A DNA stretch of 63,647 bases from Octopus bimaculoides (Eukaryota). Position numbers and translations under genes: made by a program. The notes beneath the pieces are model-generated. The model did not search any database, was not told the origin of the DNA, and worked only from the letters and a program-made list of their open reading frames with translations. The DNA lies in contig NC_068998.1 in NCBI RefSeq assembly GCF_001194135.2, forward strand, positions 38,384,732-38,448,378, written 5' to 3'. Of this stretch, positions 35,504-47,191 are shown piece by piece (the first letter of the stretch is position 1; the number at the start of each line of letters is the position of its first letter).

Positions 35504-35584
35504 TAGGGATGGCCATAAGTGGTTTTACCCATTGGCGTTTATTATAATTAGAACTGGGTAAAGCCACTTATGGCCATCCCTGTA
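35504..35584. mobile_element. About 80-bp hairpin MITE (Tc1/mariner-like, TA-flanked)
   Basis: agggatggccataagtggttttaccca / tgggtaaagccacttatggccatccct: about 27-bp arms with one mismatch, set in (TA)n. Confidence 0.7.
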
Positions 35585-35776
35585 TATATATATATACAAT
35601 CAGCATAAAATATATTTACTGATGTGCATATGTGTCACATTAGGAAAACAAAATTAACATATTTGTTTGAAGCACTTTAACTAATGTAAATATTATTAAT
35701 ATGGTATACTTAATGTATGTGCATGTTTAAACACTGTGAAGTATATATATATATATATATATATACATGTGTATGC

Positions 35777-35833
<57 letters not shown>

Positions 35834-35949
35834 ACACACACACACACACAGATATATACATACACACATATACATATATACATATATATATATACACTCA
35901 TGCACGCACACACATACACACTGTATACATACACAATGTATTCTATCTT

Positions 35950-36153
35950 TTACTTCTTTCAATCATTAGACTGTGGCCCTCACATGGGGTACCACCTCAA
36001 AGAATTATTTAGTCAAATAAATCAACCCCAGGACTTCTTTTTAAGCCTGGTACTTATGCTATCTCTTTCTGTCAAACCACTAAGTTACAGGGACGTAAAC
36101 ACACTAACACCAGTTGTTAAGTTGTGTTAGGGGACAAAGACACACACACATCC

Positions 36154-36197
<44 letters not shown>

Positions 36198-36215
36198 GGG
36201 TTGTTTCAGTTTCTG
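35950..36215 (-). mobile_element. tRNA-derived SINE, family B, tail portion
   Basis: cttttacttctttcaatcattagactgtggcc...ccccaggacttc...taagttacagggacgtaaacacac. Confidence 0.75.
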
Positions 36216-36379
36216 ACAACCAAATCTTGATGGGTTTCTTTCAACCCACTAATATATTGTATATTTAGGCCTCATAGGCTGGTGACCTCAATGGAGTTCT
36301 TGATTTCATGAGATACTGTCATTTTGTCAGTGTAACTAATGAAACTGGCTGCCTGTGTACCTATGAGCATGTTTGAGCA

Positions 36380-36530
36380 CTTCTACCTCTTGAGGGTCAT
36401 AAAGCCACTCTCATAATCCTCCAACTACGCTAAGGACACACAACAGTTTGTGACAAATTATGTCATAATCAACTTTCTCAAAAGCTGGTGCAAAGTCAAG
36501 ATATACCACACCCAAGTTTGAATGTTTAAA
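36380..36530 (-). mobile_element. CR1-like LINE reverse-transcriptase fragment
   Basis: Minus strand VVYLDFAPAFEKVDYDIICHKL resembles the CR1 YLDFAKAFDKVDH motif. Confidence 0.65.
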
Positions 36531-36574
36531 CAACTGTTTCCATATGGTGGTTGCTAAGAAATTAAGGTGTAGAT

Positions 36575-36920
36575 CAGTGGTTCTCAACCAGGGTCCATCA
36601 GGCCTCTAAGGGCCCACATTAGATTTTTTGGAGGTCCACACAACAAAATAGTGAATTGGGGCTTCACAATAGTATTTTAAAGGCCCCTGAGAAAATTTTG
36701 CTTTAGACATGGGTATTAGTGTATATTGCAAGAAACAGCTAGGTTTCTTTCTCTAACATTTTACATAATCCAACCTAGACAAATTAATGTGTGAAAACAT
36801 TAATAAAGAACATTCTATAAAGCTAGTTTTTAAACATCAAATGATGACGGGGGTCCCCCAGAATGAAAGAGCAATTAAAGAGAGTCCATTGATAAAAAGA
36901 AAATGGTTGAGAACCCCCTG
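36575..36920 (+). mobile_element. hAT-type MITE with a perfect 8-bp TSD
   Basis: TIRs cagtggttctcaacc / ggttgagaaccccctg; TSD gtgtagat at 36567-36574 and 36921-36928. Confidence 0.9.
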
Positions 36921-37077
36921 GTGTAGATGAATGTCTTTGTGAGAGCTGCGTAAACCATGTACAGTGTTGTCATCAAGTTTAGAGCAATGTGATTGATGGG
37001 AGATTTAACATACAGTAAGGTATCAATCAGAGGTGGGTTTTTTCAGCTCTTTTCTGTTTATTATGGTTTAATGGGTA

Positions 37078-37290
37078 AGGCAGTAAGCTGGCAAAATCAT
37101 TGACATGTCAAACAAAATGCTTTGCAGCAATTTGTCTGTCTTTACGTTCTGAATTCAAATTCCGCTAAGGTCAACTTTGCCCTTCATCCTCTCCAGGTCA
37201 ATGACATAAATACCAGTTGTACACTTGGGTTGATGTAATTGACAAACCCCTGCCCCAAATTTCAGGCCTTGTGCCTATAATAGAAAGCGT
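37078..37290 (+). mobile_element. tRNA-derived SINE, family A, decayed
   Basis: ggcagtaagctggcaaaatc...ttctgaattcaaattccgctaaggtcaactttgcc. Confidence 0.75.
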
Positions 37291-37346
37291 TATTGTTCTG
37301 CAGGTCATAACATGAGTTTAAGGCCATATGTTCATTGGAACACATG

Positions 37347-37416
37347 TACGAGGGGGTGCTGAAAGGTTCCTGGCTTTGCATAAAAGAAAATACAGGAGAA
37401 CCAGTTAATTATGATT
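37347..37416 (-). mobile_element. End of a mariner-derived MITE truncated by a SINE
   Basis: tacgagggggtgctgaaaggttcctggc...ttaattatgatt is the reverse complement of the right end of the 6984-7189 family. Confidence 0.7.
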
Positions 37417-37565
37417 AAATAGCTTGCTTACCAGCCACATGGTTCCAGGTTCAGTCCCACTGCACGGCACCTTGGGCAAGTGTCTTCTACTATAGCCTCG
37501 GGCCAACCAAAGCCTTGTGAGTGGATTTGGTAGACGGAAACTGAAAGAAGCCCGTCGTATATATG

Positions 37566-37602
<37 letters not shown>

Positions 37603-37801
37603 GTTTGTGTGTCTGTGTTTGTTCCCCCAACATCGCTTGACAACCGATGGTGGTGTGTTTACGTCCCCGTAACTTAGCGGTTCAGCAAAAGAGACCAATA
37701 GAATAAGTACTAGGCTTACAAAGAATAAGTCCTGGGATCAATTTGTTCAACTAAAGGCGGTGCTCCAGCATGACCGCAGTCAAATGACTGAAACAAGTAA
37801 A
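37417..37801 (+). mobile_element. tRNA-derived SINE, family B, very young copy ending at an assembly gap
   Basis: Nearly identical to the family-B parts of 31848-32450. Confidence 0.9.
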
Positions 37802-38322
37802 NNNNNNNNNNNNNNNNNNNNNNNNNNNNNNNNNNNNNNNNNNNNNNNNNNNNNNNNNNNNNNNNNNNNNNNNNNNNNNNNNNNNNNNNNNNNNNNNNNN
37901 NNNNNNNNNNNNNNNNNNNNNNNNNNNNNNNNNNNNNNNNNNNNNNNNNNNNNNNNNNNNNNNNNNNNNNNNNNNNNNNNNNNNNNNNNNNNNNNNNNNN
38001 NNNNNNNNNNNNNNNNNNNNNNNNNNNNNNNNNNNNNNNNNNNNNNNNNNNNNNNNNNNNNNNNNNNNNNNNNNNNNNNNNNNNNNNNNNNNNNNNNNNN
38101 NNNNNNNNNNNNNNNNNNNNNNNNNNNNNNNNNNNNNNNNNNNNNNNNNNNNNNNNNNNNNNNNNNNNNNNNNNNNNNNNNNNNNNNNNNNNNNNNNNNN
38201 NNNNNNNNNNNNNNNNNNNNNNNNNNNNNNNNNNNNNNNNNNNNNNNNNNNNNNNNNNNNNNNNNNNNNNNNNNNNNNNNNNNNNNNNNNNNNNNNNNNN
38301 NNNNNNNNNNNNNNNNNNNNNN
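37802..38322. other. Assembly gap; others at 34913-34947, 46256-46539, 53526-54305, 55762-56113 and 62185-62628
   Basis: Runs of N, mostly bounded by (TA)n microsatellites. Confidence 1.
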
Positions 38323-38358
<36 letters not shown>

Positions 38359-38588
38359 TACACATATATATACACTTTTATATATACATATATATATACG
38401 TAGACAAAGACACACACACACACACACATATATATACAAATGTATGTATATGTACATGTGCCTTTATGCATTATGCATGTTCTGTATCAATATGCAGACA
38501 CACACATATATATATGTATGCATGTATGTGTATTTCTTTCTTCCTGTTTTTGTGTGTGTGTGTATGTGTGTGTGTGCATGCGCATATA

Positions 38589-38648
<60 letters not shown>

Positions 38649-39757
38649 CTGTGTGTGTGCATATAGTGGCCTGCTGCAGAATTGTGCTCTTTTGTTTCTG
38701 GCTGCCTCCTCCTTGATATTTCTGGAAGCATCAGCTCAAAAAAGAAACTGAAGTTAATGTGCAGCCTCTTGCTCTCTTTTCATTTTCTAACCTGAAGGGT
38801 TAGGGAGGAGCTTCAACTTAATGTTGCCTGTCTTTTTAAAATGCCATCTTTAAATATTGGTTCTGCTAATTTTTTAACTGACTGACCAAGCAACAAACAC
38901 TAAACAAACAATTCAACAGAATGACATTGAACATTTTAGAAAGAAAATCATCTTTTAAATATTGACAAAAAAAAAAGGGGGAGAAAAAGAAATTGGAAAG
39001 AAATAAAGAAATTTTTGAAGTTATTGATGGAAATTTGGAGCAGCAAATGAAGATGGGTGTTGCTAATTTTTTTAAACTTTTCAATAAGAAATGTTCACAC
39101 TGTTGACACATGAAGAAACAAGCAAATATTTTGAAAGAATGGCAGTGAAAAATATCACCAAAAAATTATCTTTTAAATATGGAACACATGAACGCATAAA
39201 AAACTTTTCAATAAATAATGTTTTGCTAATACTTATATGACTGACAGTTAAATAAATAAATAAATGTTTGGAATTTATTGATAGGAATTTGTAACAACAA
39301 CAAAATAAGGGGTTTGCTAATTGTCTAACTGAAAGCAAAATGGAAACTTTTCAATAAGAAATATTCCCACTACTTTCAAATAAGTAAATACGCAAATATT
39401 TTAAATGAACGATAGTGAAAATGCCATAAAGAGAATCTTGTTTTTTTTTTATGAATGAATATAAATTTCTCCATGAATGCTGTTCCTGTTATACATAGAG
39501 AGGGATTTTAAAAGGGAGTATTATCTCAATGAATGAGCAACATGTTGGACTCGTAGATAGAAATATCTTGACTGGAAGAAATGAGCAACTATCCAAGAAT
39601 AATGGAGATGATGGGCAGATGTAATGGATTAAAATGTGGAAATTTTACAACAGTATGAAAATTCTTGCAAATACATAGGCCTGTATAGATTCACATAACT
39701 GGGACACAAGCATTCAGTATAAATGTTGAATAATACTGATATATATGTATACCTATG

Positions 39758-39759
<2 letters not shown>

Positions 39760-39803
<44 letters not shown>

Positions 39804-40069
39804 GATCTATCTATCTTGTAATGTTCTCGAGTAAAAACTGTCCTCCTCTCTTTTTACACGAAAACATTACTGTGATACACGATCCCTATTGATCGCTTTT
39901 TTTTTTTGATCCCTTTTGATTGAACTCCCCCCTTTTTTTCCCTTCCTAGGATCCCTTTTGATCGACACACCCCTACTTTTTTTTTCTTCCTTCCCCCTCC
40001 CAAAAAGAAAAGCTCTACATTGTATTTGTCCCATCTTTGTTGAGCCCCGTGTGGTTAATAAAAGAAATG

Positions 40070-40122
<53 letters not shown>

Positions 40123-40160
40123 ATCTATCTATCTATCTATCTATCTATTTATCTATATAT
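39760..40160. repeat. (TCTA)n tetranucleotide arrays (39760-39815, 40070-40160); (AGAT)n(GGAT)n at 49910-49985
   Basis: Read directly from the sequence. Confidence 0.95.
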
Positions 40161-41559
40161 TTATCTTTCCTTCCCTGAGCGTCTGCTAATACTTTACATA
40201 TATACCACGTCCTCACGTTGTTGTTTTTTTTGTGTTTGTACTCCATTTCTTTGGATTTATATATATATATATTCATAATGATATGTAAATGTAAAATCCA
40301 AGCCCTCATCAAGATTTTCATGCTCCACTTGGAAAGAAAAGTGAGAGCTAAAAGGGAAGTGTTCTTGCAAGTGAATTTATCAAAATGTGGGTGACTGTGA
40401 CAAAAATGGTCAGAGTAAATGGAACTACTCTAAGAATGTTCCTGTAGATAGCTGAGCAACAGTCGGTAGAGGGCTTGTACTCTTCATGGTCCTGAATTTG
40501 TGTGGTTCCTTGATTGGCCATGATTAAAGGCTCTCTGTATCAGGAGAGCTTCTTCAGTTATGTGCTCACATGTTTTGTATCTTATGTATACTTTTCATCT
40601 CATTTCTCCCTCCTCTCCTTTTCTTCCCCTTTTCTTTTATGTAAACACCAACACAAATTATAAGCTGTCCATGTAATGCTCACCCTATCTGATGCCCTTG
40701 GGGCAAATAAAAGAAATCAATGTTGTTGTTTTGTCTTGTATAACATATTGCCCTTAGCTTGTTGATACAACTCACACCTCACACTTGTGGTGTTTCAAAT
40801 TTGGTATTTGAAATAAAAAATAAAAAATAAAAAATAAATATAAAAATATCAAAACCTGCTTTTAACCCCTACAAAGCTTAACTCCATTTTTAAAAATAAA
40901 TCCTGGAGAGGAACAAACAGATGTCATTGCCAGTAATGTCACACGACTGAACTCAAAGACCTAGTCTTCAACAACACCATGGTGGTGTTAATAAGTAATT
41001 AACTACATGCTGTTCTATGATAAAGACTTAGACAATGTGAACCTCATTTTAACATTAGGGAATTTATTGTGGGTAGAACATTTGCCTGCCACTTAGAGCA
41101 GGTCAAGCAAGTACTCGAGACTTGCCTCATTGTAATGCGCTAACAAAGAAGTCTTTTGTTTCTTACAGAAATACCAACTTCTCCTTCTGAATATCGCATG
41201 GAATCTATCTTCTTCCTCAGCCAGATGTTCTGTCAGACCACAGTCAGGCAAGAAACTATTCTATTGTATTTCATTCATTTTGTGGCAATATGGAGTGTTT
41301 TGTCTTAGTAATTTTCTGACTATACACATTTGTCTTTGGACCCTTTGGATATGATATAAATATGTGCATGTGTATGTATTTATATCTGGTGCGCATGTGT
41401 GTGTGTGTGTGTGTGAGAGAGAGTAAGTGAGCATGTCTGTTTATGAGCATGAAAACCATAGAGTAAAGAATGCATACTAAACATACATTATTTCATCTTC
41501 ACTATATTTTATCTGTCGTAAAATAGGCCTTACAGTATTTGTCTAAAATCTTTGTATTC

Positions 41560-41930
41560 CTCACCATCATCATCATCATCATCGTCATTTAAAATCTGTT
41601 TTCCATGTTGGCATGAGTTGGATGGTTTGATCAGAGCTGGTAAGGCTGCGAGTGGGGTTCACACCAGACTCCATTGTCTGTTTTGGCATAGTTTCTATGA
41701 CTGGATGCCCTTCCCGACACCAACCATTCCACAGAATGCGCCGGGTGCCTTTTAAGTGACACCAGCACCGGTGCTTTTAATGCATCACCACCATGAGTGC
41801 TTTTCATGTGGCACCTACACCAGTGCTTTTAATATGACATCATCACGAATGCTTTTTATGTTTCTATGTGACCCCTGCACCAGTGCTTTTAATGTGACAC
41901 CAGCACAAGTGCATTTTTATGTGGCACCTG
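41560..41930 (-). mobile_element. Short retroelement with (GAT)n tail, minus strand, with internal repeated cagtgcttttaat units
   Basis: (CAT)n, then ttttccatgttggcatgagttggatgg...ggatgcccttcc...; same family as 29804-30090. Confidence 0.7.
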
Positions 41931-42518
41931 CACAATTTCCACAGAGGTTAGCTTTATCTTTCATCCTTCTGGGGTTGATAAAAATAAAGTACTAGAAGAA
42001 CAGGGATCAATGGTATTCCTAACCTGCTCCCTTCAAAATTGCTGTTCTTCTTCCTAAATCAGAAACCAATATTAATAATTTCTAACATAGGCATAAAGCC
42101 ATGGATCTGGAGGATGAAAAGTTTTATTATATCAAACTAGTACTACATTGGTACATTATTTTATCAACCCTGGAAAGATGAAATGCAAAACAGACCTTAG
42201 CAGAATATGAATCCAGAACTATATTGAACTCTGCTCTTTAGTATTTCATCCACTGTTTCACCAATTCTGCCAGTCCTCTGCTCTTTCCACTATTGATATG
42301 AGGGCAGAGCAGGCCCCCAAAAACTGCTCTATTGGGGACAGCTAAGGTTTTGAGGTTGATGCTTGGATGTTGAGTATCTTCCATGACAGTTAATACCCAA
42401 GTACCAAGTCTTATAATTTATGGAAAGAGACCCTGTGAGACCACTGACAACGGGTTACTGTCCGCTCTCACATAATCAGCCGGAGCAAATAAGGCCGAGA
42501 GCACTGAGAAGGGAAATG

Positions 42519-42567
<49 letters not shown>

Positions 42568-42700
42568 AGTAACCATAAGAGCACCACAGCAAACCACAAC
42601 ACATACCCAAGGCACACAGAGCTGCGCTCGGTAGTGAAGTGAAAGCACGTTATAAAAATAAAACTACTGAATAATAATGATAATAATAATAATAATAATG

Positions 42701-42786
<86 letters not shown>

Positions 42787-42798
42787 AAGAAGAAGAAG

Positions 42799-42832
<34 letters not shown>

Positions 42833-42842
42833 GCAGCAGCAG

Positions 42843-42876
<34 letters not shown>

Positions 42877-42893
42877 AACAACATTAATAATAA
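42519..42893. repeat. Compound trinucleotide array (AAT)n...(AAT)n-(AAG)n-(AAC)n-(AGC)n, interrupted by a 105-bp retroelement-like tail at 42566-42670
   Basis: Read directly from the sequence. Confidence 0.95.
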
Positions 42894-42894
42894 T

Positions 42895-43378
42895 TGCAGA
42901 AGGAGTTACCAAGAATGAAGACTGCAAAATCCTGTGAGATGCAAAGATTCAGTTTGAGCATCAGATCAGACAATAGAAACTTGACATTGTTGTGGTGAAC
43001 AAAAAAAGGAAAAAAACTTTCATAATAATCGACAGAGCACGTCCGAGTGACAACAGGATCAAAGAGAAGGAAGGGAAACAGAACATCTATGATGATTTGA
43101 AGTGGGAAATGCACAGGTTGAGGGCAATGAAAAGAGGGGAAATGATACCAGTAATAACTGGTGTGCTTGGAAGTATCAGCACTCAACGACCAACATGGCT
43201 CAAAAGATTGGCACCAGCATAAAGATAGAACCCTTATCAAAATCATCATTGCTTGGAACTGCAAGAGTTCTCTGCAGGGTTCTTGAAGCATGACCAGTAA
43301 ACAAGTGCCACCTTAGTCTGCTGATTGTGGACAGCTGACACTTTCCATCATACCCAACAAAATAAGCTGTGAGTTTTC
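42895..43378 (+). mobile_element. R4/Dong-clade non-LTR retrotransposon 3' end (restriction-like endonuclease domain) with (AAT)n tail
   Basis: EGVTKNEDCKIL*..KLDIVVVNK..IIIDRARPSD..IYDDLKWEMHRL..IPVITGVLG..LLGTARVLCRVLEA* (stop at 43293), an 85-bp 3' UTR, then (AAT)n. Confidence 0.85.
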
Positions 43379-43412
<34 letters not shown>

Positions 43413-43413
<1 letters not shown>

Positions 43414-43709
43414 TACTACCTAGCTCAGATACCAGGAAACCTCAAAATGGCTGAAGTTCAAAAGATAGTGCTCATGGGAACTGCCCATATCCTGCGTAAA
43501 ATACTGTCTATGTGATCTCAAATTTTAAAACAAACACATAATTTTCTTATGGTTTCTTAAACATTCTCTAGAACGACACTATGTACAAATCCAAATATAT
43601 GGTACCCTAGGTATAACACCTACATGAACTTCTAACTTGTTGTCTCTTGAGGTCTCTGCGTGAGACTTAGATCCAACTTGTACAAATGCAAAGCAAAAGT
43701 CAAACATAA

Positions 43710-43748
<39 letters not shown>
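43413..43748 (+). mobile_element. Second, different R4/Dong-like 3' end with (AAT)n tail
   Basis: YLAQIPGNLKMAEVQKIVLMGTAHILRKILSM* (stop at 43515), about 195-bp 3' UTR, then (AAT)n at 43710-43748. Confidence 0.75.
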
Positions 43749-44325
43749 CGTGCAGGATTATTACAGCCACTCATCCCGCATGTCTACTTACATATTGGAT
43801 AGCATTCTCAGGATTCTTAACCGAATCTTTTATTAAAAAATGGATTAAGATAGTTCTCATTCCAATATCCATAATAAGAATAGATAATCTCTGTATTAGT
43901 TATTCTCTCATATATGATGTTACTAGCTGACATACCTGGTAATTCCTGGAAAAGCAGGGCTGATCCTTTGGTTCTGTTCTCATAATTGCTTCGCTAATCC
44001 AATAACAACAATATAAAGTATGTAGCCCTTAAAATGGGTTTGTGCATTTACAGAGAATACTGAACAGTCTTACACAGGATCTTGTTTTTAGGAATTCCCA
44101 ATAAGTTATGAATACCCAAATTATGATGTCAGTTATGTAATAACATGAAATTAGTTACCCGAGAGTAAGAATTCAAATAAAGTAACCCCACAAAGGGCTC
44201 TAATGCATATAATATCCATCATTGTATTCTTCCTTGTTTATAGTAATGGGGCTTGATTAGAGGGTGATTTAGCTGCTGTTCAAGCAGGTCAAACCATGTA
44301 GACCAGTATTTATCAGTGTGGTCTT

Positions 44326-44550
44326 TTAATCCTTTGGTATTAAGATTATTCTGTCAAATATACTTCTTATTAATCCACATTGTTTTGGATTAATCATACA
44401 TTACATCATAGTTTCAAGATTTTGATGTATTTATTTATTTTTAGAATAATATTACAGGATAGGTGGAAGAGGCTGGATCTGGCCAGTTTGAACATACACC
44501 ATGTAAAATATTTGGGCCGGATAGGGCCAGTTTAAATGCTAAAGGTTTAA
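44326..44550 (+). mobile_element. piggyBac-type MITE
   Basis: ttaatcctttggtatt...aaatgctaaaggtttaa; TTAA at both ends; same body as 48971-49196. Confidence 0.75.
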
Positions 44551-45324
44551 AGAATCAATAACCTGTCTCAGTGTACAGGTTCAAGTGATTTAACTCTTGC
44601 TGGCTCAGTGCATCTGACTGAAAATAGATACAATAGGTAGGTATAACTCAACAACAGCAACCAGTGAGCTCACTATACAGTTTACAAGGATTTTGTTAAG
44701 CTTGAAAGAAAACAACATGAAAAAAAGCAGTGAATTCTCTCCATAGAGATCTTAAAAATTGGTAGAATTGTCAGTTCATTTTCTCTCACAATACCTTCAA
44801 TAATATAAAGTGATCGACAAGCAAAAGTAGCAACAACAACAACAGTAATAACCAGTAAGTAAACTAAAACTACAAACAGTGAAAAGTGTATGTTCCAGAA
44901 CACGATACTTATATTGCTGCAAAACACAAAGATGAAATATTTGTAAATATAAAGGCAATTTGCTCTCTCAGATCTTGTAAGCAATTCTTAAGCTTATTAG
45001 CAGTAACGCTTAACATCATTAGCTGTTCTGAAGACAGTTGGCATTTCAGAATCCCATCAGAGTTGTAGAATGGTATTTTCCAACAGACTGAAAGGCCACA
45101 CCAACTGGTGCTGCCATTGTTCATACAGTGACTGGCCTGCCTGACTAATAACTGGCAAATTGGAGAAATATCTAGGCTACTCAGATACAGAGAAAACTTG
45201 ATTTCAGGAACAATAGAAAACTAAAAGTGATAGAGTTGTTCTTCTGTTGGCATATTAATTAGCTGGGGGTAGATGGTTACAGTTGAGGTTACAATAATAG
45301 TAGCAGTATCAATGAGTAAAGTGG

Positions 45325-45472
45325 TACTGGTTTCAAATTTTGGCATAACGCCAGCAATTTCAGGGGAGGGGATAAATTGATTACATTGGCACCAGTATTC
45401 AACTGGTACTTATTTTTTGACCCTGAAAGGACGAGAGATAAAGTGGACCCCGGCAGAATTTGAACTCAGAAC
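45325..45472 (-). mobile_element. tRNA-derived SINE, family A, partial
   Basis: ggtttcaaattttggcataacgccagc...gaccccggcagaatttgaactcagaac. Confidence 0.7.
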
Positions 45473-45501
45473 AGATATTTGTCCTCATCTTGTTTTTTGT
45501 T

Positions 45502-45548
45502 AACACTAACATTTCGGCTGATATACCCTCCAGCCTTCATCAGGTGTC
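45502..45548 (-). ncRNA. Type I hammerhead ribozyme motif in a Penelope-like inverted terminal fragment (45475-45660); stem III decayed
   Basis: Minus strand GACAC-CUGAUGA-A-GGCUG(GAGGGUAUAU)CAGCC-GAAA-UGUUA-GUGUU: exact CUGAUGA and GAAA core with 5-bp stems I and II; flanked by a 31-bp inverted repeat (45475-45505 / 45578-45610). Confidence 0.6.
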
Positions 45549-46220
45549 TTGGGGAAATTTCGAACCTGACTTCTTATTGTTAACAAAAGACAAGATGAGG
45601 AAAAAATATCCATCAAATGTAAATAATGTAAATAATGTTCCAAAGTTTAACACAAAATTTCACAATGGCTCTTTGGTCCTGTCCATAACAAAATCGCAGA
45701 CTACATCATACATGTGATCACGGAAACACATATTTCACCACTTGTGATGTAAATACGGTGATGTCACTTGGCACACTGCCTCATGAAGGTCACTGCTAGC
45801 TCTCACTACACATCCAACCATGTGCTACAGAACTAGACCAGGGATGTTTTGATACCACCTCATATATAAGCATAATGTAAGAGTACACACTTTTGATGCA
45901 AGTTTGATGAAGTGCCACTCTAAAGTCTAAAACTTCAAATATTACGTAACTTTCCACTTTGAATTTTTGCATAAACTGACGTTGCAAGCAGAATTGGTCC
46001 ATCAAAGATTTGTTGAAGTATTTCTTTCTCTTATTATTTGGATTATGTTTTATCTCTTTGCTAAATCCACACAACAGTTTTACTGTTGTTAAACCAGGAT
46101 TTTCTACACCTGAAGAATTTTGATATTTGTTTGGAATCTGACAGTTATGATGGCCCAGATCTTCAGTTCAGTGTTTCATTGGAAATATTCTACCTTTATG
46201 TCCTACAAGGACCTTAGATC

Positions 46221-46255
<35 letters not shown>

Positions 46256-46539
46256 NNNNNNNNNNNNNNNNNNNNNNNNNNNNNNNNNNNNNNNNNNNNN
46301 NNNNNNNNNNNNNNNNNNNNNNNNNNNNNNNNNNNNNNNNNNNNNNNNNNNNNNNNNNNNNNNNNNNNNNNNNNNNNNNNNNNNNNNNNNNNNNNNNNNN
46401 NNNNNNNNNNNNNNNNNNNNNNNNNNNNNNNNNNNNNNNNNNNNNNNNNNNNNNNNNNNNNNNNNNNNNNNNNNNNNNNNNNNNNNNNNNNNNNNNNNNN
46501 NNNNNNNNNNNNNNNNNNNNNNNNNNNNNNNNNNNNNNN

Positions 46540-46637
<98 letters not shown>

Positions 46638-47160
46638 AGCAATAGGCCTCTTTCAATTTCCATCTGCTAAATCCATTCATAAGGTAGATACTTGCCCAAA
46701 GTGTGCCACGCAGTGGGACTGAACCCAGAACCATGTGTTTGGGAAACAAACTTCTCACCATACAGCTCAGCCTTTTATTTTTTTTATTTTTTACAGTTTG
46801 ACCAAAGAAGTTGGAAGGTAGCAGCTGTGATCCCTTTTTTGTGTCTCCCAGTTTGTTAGGATAAAAGGAGAAAGCTATCCTTAGACTAGACACCTGGCTT
46901 GAATACTTGCAACAGGGTTGACTCTGCTGATGACATCTACAGGTCAGGTAACTGTAGTGTTAAACTGGGTAAGGGATTGTCTGCTAGAAATAGCAACTAA
47001 ATCTCCCTTAAATCCAACCGTACCATCTTAAAAGCAAAGAACACACTGAATATGTGGGCCTAAATAAATTCACTGACTGCAAAAAAAAAAGACGAGGTGA
47101 TTACGTGTGGATTGCCTTTGATCACAGGTCTACTTGATCAAGGCTGATGTGGGTAGAAGC

Positions 47161-47191
<31 letters not shown>

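Noticed and set aside
42418-42937. PolyL, polyI, polyR and polyT ORFs
   Set aside because: Read-through of trinucleotide microsatellites.
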